Below, piece after piece: positions 19,201 through 26,956 of a DNA stretch of 64,000 nt. Numbering within the stretch: the first letter of the stretch is position 1; the number at the start of each line of letters is the position of its first letter. The DNA comes from a virus: IMG/VR virus record IMGVR_UViG_3300025154_000006, positions 19,469 through 83,468 of that record; one strand, 5' to 3'. The notes below the pieces were generated by a model. The model did no database searches, was not told the DNA's origin, and was given only the letters and a program-made list of their open reading frames with translations. Made by a program: the position numbers and the translations under genes.

Positions 19201-21937
19201 CTCTCTCCTGGGACTTTTTGATTAGCCCTTGATCTAGTCCGCGAATATGTTGCCACAATGCGTTTTGAGAACCAGACATGCGCCTTGTGTTTTGTGTATT
19301 TGTTCCAGGTTGCAACATTGATGTAGCAAGTTCCATAACAGCATTTGAGTAGCGACCGCCAATGCCACCAACGGGATTACCTTCAATGTCCAGATATTGT
19401 TCGTTTTCAACTGCGTTTGGATTTGGAACATAATCTTTTCCAAATCTTGGCATGGTGTTGACGTCTTCTGGGCCCAAACCAAGAATACTCCGCATTTTTC
19501 CGGGAAACTCTTCTGGCGGAATTTCCTGACCCTTAAGTGCAAAAAGCGCGGCGGCCTGGTCTTGCGTAACGTCAAGTGCGCTTGGATGCTGAACGGTTTC
19601 TTTGTCGTCGCGAATATCTTTTTGATATGCAACATAACTCAAAAGTCCTATGGCAGAAGCCTGACCGCGGGTAACTTTTCCTTTTTCGGATGGATCAAGT
19701 CCAACTCTTTTGGCAAGTGCGGGATCAAGTGCAGTCAAACCCTGTTGAAAGATAAGACTTGCGGTATGTTTTGCAGTTATATTGCTCATAATATGCGGAA
19801 TTGCAGCGCGGGAGAGTAGTCCGCCAGGAAAGTGTTCTGTAAGAATTGGCGTTAATCCGGCTTTCTTTTTGCCATACGTGTAGCGCTTATTGAAAACCTC
19901 TTCTATTTGCTCTTCCGACATACCGTCTTCAAGTCCAGCGCGTTTCCAGTCGTCTTTCAATAGCTTGAACTCGCCCGGGTGCATGGGCGTAACATCAAGA
20001 TCGCGCGGTCCCAAATAGCCCATACCACCAAGATCAAGATTTGCTTGATTAACTATTTCCTCGTCTTTATTTGCCAGGATTTGTTCGTCTACAAGTTTCG
20101 TGGCAAATCCAGAAGCGTCTAGATTGTATGCACCTGCACTTGCCAGTTTATCAAAATCAACCTGCACTGCCTTTCGATTTGCCCCAGAAGACATTTGCCT
20201 ATCGAATTCTGCAAGAGAAGCCGCGGCCATCTGTGCTTCTTTTGGATCTTGACGCGAGGCCGTCCACGCTTCGAGCAAATATCTTTGCTGTTGGTTTGTT
20301 TTGGCTTCCAGCAGACTAAGATTTAACCTGGGTGCTTTTGCTTCACTTGTATATAAATCGATATTTACATCTTGTCCACCAAGCCTGGCCCGATTGATCA
20401 TTCCTGTAGGCGCTTCAAGTCCTTTCCATCCGTGTCCGCGTCCACGATCAGACGCTATAGAGGTTGCTTCAAGCGAAACCATTGGCATTTCCACAGAGCC
20501 GATGGAATAAAGCATGTCTCTATTTGTATTTCTAAGTTGTTGGGCAAGTGCCGCCGTAGATTCGGCGCCCTCATCGCCGGGTTGCGCCCACTGTTTGGTA
20601 TTCGGATTCCACGCTTCTGGAATTGTCATACGCAACTTATTTCCAGCAGTAAAGAGTGGATTTTGTCCTTTCTGCGCCCTAAGGTCTATTGCCTCTTCTC
20701 CGAATTGCATTGTTCCCAAAGAGACTTCGCCAGCACCAAACTCAAACTCGGTTTGCTTTGTTCTGTTAAATCTTAGAGAATCACCGAGCAGCGCCTCTGG
20801 CGTAATTCTGTTTGACAGTTTGGTTTTTAGAAATTTGTCTGTTTCGCCACGTGCATCAACACGACTTCTGGAAGGATTGTAGAATCTGTAGGACGCGCCT
20901 GGTATTCCAGGCGCATCGCCAAATAGAACAGTTTCCATTTCCATTGGCTGTGTCTGTCCGCCATAACCAACTACGTTTGGAATACCATATTGTGGAAATG
21001 GATTATCTTCTGTGACGAATTCAGGTTTCCACTTTTCGTATCTAATACCATTTTCGTTTTGTACTCTACGAAGTGGTTGCGCCAGCGGACTTGCGCCACG
21101 CACAAGAGACGGTTTATAGATTGCACCTTTCATTCCCTCAATAAGAGAAACATCGTATCCGGTTGTAAATTGACCCTTTTTATTTATGCCCAGATGTCCA
21201 GCAACCGGCGCCAGGCTTCTATCTTTTGTTGGAAAATAAAGTCCGGTAAGAAGAGTGCCGAAGAACTTTTGTTGTGTTTCCGATTGTACTGGCAACTCGC
21301 CAAGAATTGTTCTGCGTATTGCATCAAATGTCTTTTCTTGACTAAATTTATCTGCTTTGGTTACAACGTCTACGGTTCGGATAAGAGATTCTCGGAACGC
21401 TAACGGCGAGTTCTTTGTAGGTCTTACGCCACTGGCAACGTGCGCCTGGCTAATGTCGCTTGCAAGTGTACGAAAAGTACTTGCCCACTCTTTGTTTTCC
21501 GAGGCGGCAATGTCCGCAGACGATCTAAGTCCTTCTCCTAGTCTTTGTGTCGAGGACAGACCAGCGACAATGAATTTTTCTCTTTGTGCTTTTTGGAAAT
21601 TTCTTTGTGCATCGTAACCAGCATCGCGCTCTGGAATATGCGATGCAAAAACGCCATGTCTGAATATAATACCATTAGTTCTTGCGTCTGGAACTTTACC
21701 CTGGATACCGCCAACTTCCCAAACAGAACCAAGGTCGGAAACGTTATGATGGATATTTACGTCCAAAAGGAGTCTGTTGTCTTTTGGCGCGCGTTCATAA
21801 TTGGCAGTTACACTTAGTTTTCTTCCCTCGTATCCATTGACCCAATCCGCGTTGAAGTCTTGTCCTAGAGACTCTCGTAAAGACCCTAGAACATCCGAGT
21901 TATATTGTTTGTTCCATTGGCTTCCAGAAGTAGCCAT
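13292..21937 (-). CDS. tail tape measure protein with putative N-terminal two-barrel RNA polymerase module
   Basis: 2881 aa between the chaperones and Dit; C-terminal half Ala/Gly/Gln-rich and helical with hydrophobic stretches; N-terminal half has DRGRGHGWKG (aa ~497-506), SIR..PFL (~917-928), RDP (~973) and DKDYD (~1028-1032). Confidence 0.75.
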   Translation of the reverse strand: MATSGSQWNKQYNSDVLGSLRESLGQDFNADWVNGYEGRKLSVTANYERAPKDNRLLLDVNIHHNVSDLGSVWEVGGIQGKVPDARTNGIIFRHGVFASHIPERDAGYDAQRNFQKAQREKFIVAGLSSTQRLGEGLRSSADIAASENKEWASTFRTLASDISQAHVASGVRPTKNSPLAFRESLIRTVDVVTKADKFSQEKTFDAIRRTILGELPVQSETQQKFFGTLLTGLYFPTKDRSLAPVAGHLGINKKGQFTTGYDVSLIEGMKGAIYKPSLVRGASPLAQPLRRVQNENGIRYEKWKPEFVTEDNPFPQYGIPNVVGYGGQTQPMEMETVLFGDAPGIPGASYRFYNPSRSRVDARGETDKFLKTKLSNRITPEALLGDSLRFNRTKQTEFEFGAGEVSLGTMQFGEEAIDLRAQKGQNPLFTAGNKLRMTIPEAWNPNTKQWAQPGDEGAESTAALAQQLRNTNRDMLYSIGSVEMPMVSLEATSIASDRGRGHGWKGLEAPTGMINRARLGGQDVNIDLYTSEAKAPRLNLSLLEAKTNQQQRYLLEAWTASRQDPKEAQMAAASLAEFDRQMSSGANRKAVQVDFDKLASAGAYNLDASGFATKLVDEQILANKDEEIVNQANLDLGGMGYLGPRDLDVTPMHPGEFKLLKDDWKRAGLEDGMSEEQIEEVFNKRYTYGKKKAGLTPILTEHFPGGLLSRAAIPHIMSNITAKHTASLIFQQGLTALDPALAKRVGLDPSEKGKVTRGQASAIGLLSYVAYQKDIRDDKETVQHPSALDVTQDQAAALFALKGQEIPPEEFPGKMRSILGLGPEDVNTMPRFGKDYVPNPNAVENEQYLDIEGNPVGGIGGRYSNAVMELATSMLQPGTNTQNTRRMSGSQNALWQHIRGLDQGLIKKSQEREDPLSIRGGDYPAPFLAPGTSYATQKLLQPMTRRAAGTLEVQQREVSRFLREKRIVTASQRDPAAPGESPMPGINIPFREMRTLLGKEVWNRIRPEMEAQYGIYGSSAIGRGQLGDKDYDTEYQKFFFDTFGPEILKTFGDNILPKDQVAFIRGKEAAKFPSLNTANRFNSYVQSARDAIRNVDPTAKNIAKRATLPYNEVWKQAVGKSMPVEHIGKEYSVGLTLATANKFLGRKGNVSDEASYMTGVDYAELGDSNLSQALSSIRFGENQKGEQFFGYSRPKPQGWDKEWSPVNRVFSGGGKEEQNIDTGGLQNFMQQAAVDATAPYSDGSYTRSAASIANKFGTSEEDEAVLRSELEAISDKGQWGMRLVRRISATYRSLGTQKGNELMTKMPILAGFFGRAVGSKEGNKEKELAKTIALKITGGDQAKADALYSQWEAIGTEDVYSARKNKYVTSEDTAGAGRLARTSAQMPGTTSIQMQQILGYDPKSSENQMLDRLSSAVRSANEGKETLVEKSHRLEAKLNDPNLTQKEKDVLIPELQRLGTAINPNLAANFDFESAREIPFGKEQSVLTSKKTKEQQTILAGGEKPHDIPLKDKEGNTTGWIGYDRTVDAIAEGTFGGRSGGKDATGGGKYPSFVSSPSKARKALAAFSNMYQDSIEQIRGTFSTLDKSLTDLGFPELNAGESALEARNISARINQLRLTNPAEANRLLRIHGPTLRQAGLLRDAQQLAYSGVKEHKETSFPDMGDAIANLNTSYADNKGKRAITELGDAGRGRTASGMAQNAFIAEMSEALVTSNTFQELFTGMSKAGIVGPERTGTIDERLERMKPFIAAAQNKAILRENLGITAKIKKERPDLIGQQQTELADLTDAYKLKTGDMLKEGSGGGLVTGTSSQRAEYNRLIKEEADLLGKLSDKHGNRIKGLVDEEKALSGVQEQKRRLGQEMAYENLKKQVSEGETKLASGQLTQEDVTKLGTLQGRLQKIDNARMTQKLEQEAMAEENTMGGAARRMLSGFGLMYFRSIGNIITGGMGQGQEQAMGLNQAISAQAAQTFGIRQPVYSPQMALLNKQALMGANANPLITAQTMAADYPVLGDVFGTAMAGVGAWGATQWIADSFRKGSTASKFFGKAALPVGIATAVVSGGSQIYQKTEDQESLAYRLSKFDEAKQYFLAPYDVLAQTFSGGYKYKPFARERTFEDGSRGALNQERETWYEQARKQIEGGTTFEQLRQLRGSGGLAGTISGGTRLLMEQPGMSIYSQQAVANVQAMYARNPNWTINNSLTQKLASGMDLGIRDQDLAQSILSGAGRGATFAWQRDSKGSLRTDALTRYLSDKEIPEEQRIAITTGAEFATSLPGVKYMQGHPMGPTMAGGARQRTETEINDLLIKFEDTLSKFVGTPAENVIRAQQEAYMANAAIGRSTTAVDPTKLSPLMSPREAANLTASATASTFAAEQVRGMAQSQYDKSTFYGNASTGNKIYAQMTGMTGGQAEFYNRALGGDPMAMATLALGGMDLGQLPGVRTMQGNTINANYLAMTDTNNGRLTGLPYGTTGLEMGSLSSQQMGQNIFGTTQNRSVNAAVNGVQLAQPITLGSINPATGQPNQITSIGGIQGEQYSWMQQSYGYQQQGFALQQQGLQSGWAHTQTMWGIQDKQIALSNWYQQQQFGLQQEQINQSAANINIGNTIQQTQMNLTRTWAKEDWGYQDQLRNMQWGWKQEDFAEESRFMTGRQRKLAERKMGRETTMHNMEGDQIEKQRARQEELWKLEDERFNLQKKQQLESLAMQQKQLDLQKKYYEEQKKLQAEQVAEERRYAKEQYALQQKQLALAEEQARAAHEHEEAVFQMQLAIMSMGGELNTLSGEGMEKLRIGLAGVLDQINLIYEAGTNPPPVQPAPQDPRQPKDTLPVNYPYLSNQTEDTMYNDTTYLLNNAVKQDKKQTINIYLGNEHLSRFVIDAVAQELRS

Positions 21938-21947
21938 TTATCTTCCT

Positions 21948-22370
21948 TTATCCAAGTCTGATCCATTGTGGATTTGCTTGCAAAACACATTCGATTATCT
22001 CGTCCGCAATAGGCAATGGCAACATTCCAAAAGCAAGATTAAATTCGCGTTCTGTCATTGAAATGCGGTTATTGTCAAAGACAAAAATTGGCTTATCGTT
22101 TTGATCTGCCAGGTTGCAATCTGCAAGTACTAGAAATACCTCTTTCCTGCGAATGTCATCTATAGAAATTGGCGAAGTAAACTTCACAACATCATCGTCA
22201 TAGTTTTGTTCTTTGACAACAAGAGAAAACATGTGGTTTCTTGTGTCAGCCTCGCCCTTTAGCGCAACACGGACAGATGCCCTAGACGGTTCGCCTTCAT
22301 TTTCAAATATTTCATCTGATTTTGAAAGAACGAACTCTTCTACTTGCGCCGGTCCAATTTTAATAGGCAT
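21948..22370 (-). CDS. tail assembly chaperone paralogue
   Basis: shares DDIRRKEVFL.LA.CN and overall layout with 22646..23062. Confidence 0.7.
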   Translation of the reverse strand: MPIKIGPAQVEEFVLSKSDEIFENEGEPSRASVRVALKGEADTRNHMFSLVVKEQNYDDDVVKFTSPISIDDIRRKEVFLVLADCNLADQNDKPIFVFDNNRISMTEREFNLAFGMLPLPIADEIIECVLQANPQWIRLG

Positions 22371-22385
22371 TGTTGATTTCCTTGT

Positions 22386-22658
22386 TTATCTTGATCGATT
22401 GGCATTGTCTAGCGCTTCATAAAGCGCTACTTCCTGGCTTATTGCCTCAAAGATGGCTATCCAGATGTACGGCTGATCCATTAGGCCACCAGCAAGCAAC
22501 GACAGACCAGAGCTTTTTACTGCTTCATACACTCTTAGTCTGTTTGGCTTGTATGGCATACTGGACCGTATACCTGCTTTTATTTCATTCATTGCGCCAA
22601 AATACTCGCGCAATTCAGTCCTGGTTTCCTCTAGTATTTCCCCAATTAGGCTTCCCCC
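22386..22658 (-). CDS. tail assembly chaperone, -1 frameshift extension (gpGT-like)
   Basis: ORF in the -1 frame overlapping the chaperone end at slippery GGGGGAA (22652..22658). Confidence 0.65.
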   Translation of the reverse strand, partial: GGSLIGEILEETRTELREYFGAMNEIKAGIRSSMPYKPNRLRVYEAVKSSGLSLLAGGLMDQPYIWIAIFEAISQEVALYEALDNANRSR

Positions 22659-23062
22659 ACTTTTTGCCAGACCACATTGCATTCTAGAATCTTCTCGTGG
22701 ATTTCATTGGCAATAAATGGGTAAAGTTGATCCCAGGCCTTCTTGAAAGATACCTCGTCAACAAGGTGGTCGTTCTGGAAGGTAAACAGCAGTTTTCCGT
22801 TTTCATCTTCAATATTGCAGGACGCCAGGGTCAAGAATACCTCTTTCCTGCGAATGTCATCAAACGATAGGCGCTGATGGATAATTGTCTTTGCGCCCTC
22901 GACTTCTCGAATGTACTCTGACCAAAGTTCATTGCGGGCTTCAACTGCGCCCTGGGTGGCGAGATGAACTTCGATCATCGTAGGTGTCTCTGACTTGAAC
23001 TCTTCATCGCTTTTATCAAGTCGGTATGATGTCTTTGTGGCTGGTTGTAATTTCAATGGCAT
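22646..23062 (-). CDS. tail assembly chaperone (gpG-like)
   Basis: between the tail tube and tape measure; AGGAG RBS; ends G GGG GAA GCC TAA. Confidence 0.75.
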   Translation of the reverse strand: MPLKLQPATKTSYRLDKSDEEFKSETPTMIEVHLATQGAVEARNELWSEYIREVEGAKTIIHQRLSFDDIRRKEVFLTLASCNIEDENGKLLFTFQNDHLVDEVSFKKAWDQLYPFIANEIHEKILECNVVWQKVGEA

Positions 23063-23107
23063 TTTCGTTTTTCTCCTAGATTAGTTCGCATTGCGAACCG
23101 TAGATGT

Positions 23108-23137
23108 CCGAGGGGAGTTTTTGTTTCCTCCCCTCGG
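23108..23137. terminator. GC-rich hairpin after the major tail gene
   Basis: CCGAGGGGAG/CTCCCCTCGG 10-bp stem; no clear U-tract on the minus strand. Confidence 0.45.
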
Positions 23138-23153
23138 TTGAAACAACTAAGAA

Positions 23154-24218
23154 CTAGACGGGCCAGACGTAACTTGCAACCTTGTTGCGAAGCTTCATGG
23201 TCGCATAAGTTCCGGTACCCTCGATGATCGTTCCCTGGAACCTCATCATCACGGCTTGTCCAGCGGCCAAGCGGATACCACCAACCTGAGTCATCATGGC
23301 GTCTGCGGCTTCAACTTGCAGGGAATAGGGTTCAGCCAAAGACGGCATATTCTTTGCAGAAACCATTTTCGCATCGAATGAACCAACCATTGGCTCGCCA
23401 CTCCAGACAGTACCAGACGAAGAACCAGTTAGAACTTCGCGATAAAGATCAGGATCGTTGTACTTCACGATAATGTCGAAGGCCAACTGCCGCGAAAGAA
23501 TGGTCACATCGTCCAGGGCAGGAGAACCATAAACGCGCTCGGCACGAGGATCGAGAGGCTGATTAGTCCAGGCAAACGAAGCGCCAGCGATAGGCAGGGT
23601 AACTCCGCCAATCTTGAGGTGGCCACCAGTCATACAGGCCACAGGAATAGACTGCCAATCCTCGAATGTGTTAGCATAGCTAAACAAAGTAGGATCGGTA
23701 TCAAGCTCGAAAGTACGGCCAATCACGTCCACGCGAGCGGTTAGGGGCGCATCGGTGGGCATTTGGAAACCAAGACCAAGAACTTTACAGTCTGTATAGG
23801 TTTCGCCAAGATCGGTAGTGGCAACGCCATCTTTGCGAGGAATAACTTTGCGGAACGTCATCCACGGAACATACGATGCGTCAGTACTCAACATCTCGAA
23901 AGTATGTTCGTAAATGCCAGAATCGGACGGATCATCATCTGCGACGCTAGTACACTTTCCCATAGCGCCATACAGAAGCCATCCGAAAGTATCTTGCAGG
24001 CGAGGCTGTAAAACAGCGCCTCCGCCTATGATGTAACCAGCCTTATAGGGAAAGGTTGGCACAGGGACGCCGCCAACTTCGAGTTGACCCAACCGAACAT
24101 CGTCATTGATGCTCAGGTCAATGTCAACCGCGCGATGGCGATAGAACGTAGTAGCGGTAACTCCCTTAGCGGTTTGAGGACCGAATGAGAGGATCCCGGC
24201 GGCACTCGTGAGGGCCAT
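23154..24218 (-). CDS. major tail (tube) protein
   Basis: 354 aa, strong RBS, biased codons, YEHTF motif, upstream of the chaperones. Confidence 0.8.
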   Translation of the reverse strand: MALTSAAGILSFGPQTAKGVTATTFYRHRAVDIDLSINDDVRLGQLEVGGVPVPTFPYKAGYIIGGGAVLQPRLQDTFGWLLYGAMGKCTSVADDDPSDSGIYEHTFEMLSTDASYVPWMTFRKVIPRKDGVATTDLGETYTDCKVLGLGFQMPTDAPLTARVDVIGRTFELDTDPTLFSYANTFEDWQSIPVACMTGGHLKIGGVTLPIAGASFAWTNQPLDPRAERVYGSPALDDVTILSRQLAFDIIVKYNDPDLYREVLTGSSSGTVWSGEPMVGSFDAKMVSAKNMPSLAEPYSLQVEAADAMMTQVGGIRLAAGQAVMMRFQGTIIEGTGTYATMKLRNKVASYVWPV

Positions 24219-24285
24219 TAAGAACTCCTTCTGTCATAAGACAGAGAATAAAGAACGAATAATTGCAGAGGTTCGTAGTGCGAAC

Positions 24286-24831
24286 TCATGGTCGCTCCGT
24301 GAAGACTACCCAGAACACCTTCCCGCGGAAGATGTAACTGTTTGGAGGTCCGCCCGTCTCAAAGTAGGTATTTGCATAGCAGTGTGGATTTCCAACAGCC
24401 AACTCGCCATAGTCATCCGAACCCATATTCTCAAGTGGAGTAGATTCGATATTTGACATTACACGGCCAAGCAGGTCATAACCATACTGGTGAGCAGTCA
24501 CCTCATTGATTTGCTTATGAAGAAAGAACGCATCTACTTTTACTACGCCACGCCTCATCCACGTTTGGCCGCCGCCTATTTCTCGGGCAGGAAAGACCAT
24601 AGAAAGGTTTGGCAGTTTTTCGAGAGTAACAATACCGTCTTGCTGGTCGGGTAATTCGTGGTCGCCGCCCTGAACACCGATTTGGATGTTCTGACGGGTT
24701 TTGTTTTCCACAAGCAAACCCATCTTTACCAGACTGGCGCGAACTGGATCATCTGTAGCGACGTTAGTGATCAACGTTTCGGTAAGATGAGTAACCAGTG
24801 CGTCTATAACCATGTAGACGATTTGCGACAT
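24286..24831 (-). CDS. neck / tail terminator-like protein
   Basis: position between adaptor and tail tube. Confidence 0.55.
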   Translation of the reverse strand: MSQIVYMVIDALVTHLTETLITNVATDDPVRASLVKMGLLVENKTRQNIQIGVQGGDHELPDQQDGIVTLEKLPNLSMVFPAREIGGGQTWMRRGVVKVDAFFLHKQINEVTAHQYGYDLLGRVMSNIESTPLENMGSDDYGELAVGNPHCYANTYFETGGPPNSYIFRGKVFWVVFTERP

Positions 24832-25499
24832 TAATTCCTCGTTTGCATAGGCAGAGAATTAAGTTCATTCTCAAAACGGGCAAGAAAGAAGTTTGAGAGA
24901 TCCTTTGCAGGAAGATCAACGGGTTGCCCGGAGTCGACTTTCGTTTTGTACTGTGCAATATCACCTTGCTCCACTGCTGATTTCAGCAGACAATAGGAGG
25001 CGGCAAACAATGTCACAGCCGTAATAGTCATTTCCGGGCACTCCAAGGTTTCATCGTCGTCTTCTGGAAGTTCCCAGTGCGCAAGATAGTAGACTTTTGC
25101 TCCATCTGCCGCTAGTTCGTTCACAAAAGTAATTCCATTCGGGTAATTGATCCAGGCGTTTGCGTTGGTCATAGACGTGGATAACACCTGACCTGTCTGG
25201 AAACCGATACGAGGGATGAACATTGACGTTTCGTTCTCAAAAACTCCTTCGACATCCAAGAGATCAGAGGGTAGAGAAAAGTTCGTACCTGCCTCCTCGA
25301 TCTCGTAGATAGTCGTTTTCCAAATGCGACTTGAAATTCGCTTCAATGCGGCATGAACGGCATCTTTCAAGATGTCGGCATCGTAGATACCGCCACCCAC
25401 GGGAGATGGATTGGATGGGTCATCATCTTCCACTACGGCAACAATGTCGCCAAGTAGACGAAGAACCTTCAACTTTACATCATAGAAAGAAGCCGTCAT
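24831..25499 (-). CDS. head-tail adaptor protein
   Basis: directly after the capsid gene; LRLLGD...FSLPSDLL pattern. Confidence 0.65.
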   Translation of the reverse strand: MTASFYDVKLKVLRLLGDIVAVVEDDDPSNPSPVGGGIYDADILKDAVHAALKRISSRIWKTTIYEIEEAGTNFSLPSDLLDVEGVFENETSMFIPRIGFQTGQVLSTSMTNANAWINYPNGITFVNELAADGAKVYYLAHWELPEDDDETLECPEMTITAVTLFAASYCLLKSAVEQGDIAQYKTKVDSGQPVDLPAKDLSNFFLARFENELNSLPMQTRN

Positions 25500-25515
25500 G
25501 CTACACCTTTACGAA

Positions 25516-26205
25516 TTAGGGCGCGGGCGGTTCGATCACGCCACCGGGTTTAGCCAGAGAGACGCCAACAAAGTGCAACTCGAAACTATTGGGTTCCCAA
25601 ACCGAGATACCGCCAACGAAATCCCAAGTAAAGCGATACACCGAGTTGAAGTCATCCACAGGAACCGGTTCGTAGAACTCAAGAGGCTTATTGACGTTGC
25701 CCTTCAAGCCACCACCGGAACCAAGTGCCAGACAGAAACCTACATGCGTACCCTTGGTGACATAAGCATACACGCCACTAGTAAGTTCAGTGGTGTAGTT
25801 GCTCATAATCGGACGATCAAACGATAAGCGATAGTAACCGCTTGAAGGATCTTCATCGCGATCAATGGCAACAATGCGCCGAACGATAGTCTTGCCAGAA
25901 CGGAAATTCACACCATTCGTAACACCGTAATCAGAAGTACGCAGGGTATGAATAGTAACCTGATCGTTGACGGCAAAGTCGCTTGCGCCAAACGCAGAAC
26001 AGGAGATATAGTGCGTAGCATCTTTCTGACCAACGTACCAGGTACCGTCAACGGCAGTAGTTTCGGGATCAGGAGAACCAGCGCCAGCCGCGATAGGAGA
26101 AGTAACCGTGACCTGTTTGGCAATCTTGCCGCAGTTATAGAGAACCGCAGGATTTTGACCATAGTTGTCATTCGGCGCTTCAACAAAGCGGACGTTCTTG
26201 TAAGT
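25516..26205 (-). CDS. major capsid protein, exon 2
   Basis: 690 nt open frame beginning TYKNVRFVE; joins exon 1 in frame (YEVG|TYKNVRFVE). Confidence 0.85.
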   Translation of the reverse strand, partial: TYKNVRFVEAPNDNYGQNPAVLYNCGKIAKQVTVTSPIAAGAGSPDPETTAVDGTWYVGQKDATHYISCSAFGASDFAVNDQVTIHTLRTSDYGVTNGVNFRSGKTIVRRIVAIDRDEDPSSGYYRLSFDRPIMSNYTTELTSGVYAYVTKGTHVGFCLALGSGGGLKGNVNKPLEFYEPVPVDDFNSVYRFTWDFVGGISVWEPNSFELHFVGVSLAKPGGVIEPPAP

Positions 26206-26221
26206 CGTTTTTGTTACTTTC

Positions 26222-26230
26222 TGTTATAAT
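26222..26230 (+). promoter_or_regulatory. extended -10 promoter for the intron endonuclease
   Basis: TGTTATAAT (TGnTATAAT) ~45 nt upstream of the ATG, with AAGGAG RBS. Confidence 0.55.
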
Positions 26231-26274
26231 AAGGTCGGTATTTATTTGACAACCACATTCTCAAGGAGTAAAAC

Positions 26275-26784
26275 ATGTTTGAAAATATAAGTCCTATTTG
26301 GAAAGCAGAATTTCGAGGATTTTTTCTTGCAGACGGATGTGCAATTCTTTTGATGGATCATCATTCAAGATACAAAAGCATTCCTCTTATTCGACCATTG
26401 TTAGTAATTGGACTTAGATACGACGATAAGAGCGTTATTGATGATTTCAAATCTACACTGGGCATTGGTTCCATTTCTTTTGTTGAATACTCAAAATATT
26501 CAAATACAAATAGTAGAGACCAATTTCGTTGGTATACAAAAAGCGCTAAACACGTTTTGGCTATTATTGACGAAATCCTATCACCGTCATTATTGCCAGC
26601 AAAGAAACAGGTTGATATTTCTTTGGTTAGAGATTTCTGTATACTTAGACTTAGTATGCCATATCGTTATGGCGAAATTCATCGTCGTAGTTTACTAGAT
26701 TTTTATGAGAATGTTTTTAAGGTTCGAGTTGCCAAAAGAAAACCGGTGGCTTCTTATAAAGAAGATCAAGTCATTTCTGCTTGA
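26275..26784 (+). CDS. LAGLIDADG homing endonuclease (intron-encoded, antisense)
   Basis: FRGFFLADGC motif; 169-aa single-motif size; AT-rich; lies inside the intron. Confidence 0.85.
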   Translation: MFENISPIWKAEFRGFFLADGCAILLMDHHSRYKSIPLIRPLLVIGLRYDDKSVIDDFKSTLGIGSISFVEYSKYSNTNSRDQFRWYTKSAKHVLAIIDEILSPSLLPAKKQVDISLVRDFCILRLSMPYRYGEIHRRSLLDFYENVFKVRVAKRKPVASYKEDQVISA

Positions 26785-26956
26785 CTCTGCAACTTCTTAT
26801 TAGTTGCAGACCAGACTATCGTTTCACTTTTCAGTGTCTCTTCGCTTAGTCGTTGCTGCTGCACAGGATTTTTCCTTGCTTGCATCGGGTTGCCATCACA
26901 GGTTTTCCCGTTATTCAGAAGAGATTTTTAGTCGGCAGTTAGTTTAGGTACTGTTT

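Larger units (their letters stand above)
26206..26956 (-). ncRNA. group I intron (751 nt) in the major capsid gene
   Basis: 5' exon ends GUCGGU pairing with intron GCCGAC (P1 with U-G); P7 elements GACUA / UAGUC; P9 hairpin UCUGCAACU/AGUUGCAGA; terminal G; removal restores the frame. Confidence 0.85.

Noticed and set aside
13611-21817. Numerous short ORFs overlapping the tape measure gene
   Set aside because: They are shadow ORFs of a long coding frame, without RBS or recognisable motifs.
25908-26186. 92-aa ORF as a separate gene, or a capsid frameshift
   Set aside because: It is an alternative frame over capsid exon 2; the intron model restores one continuous frame.
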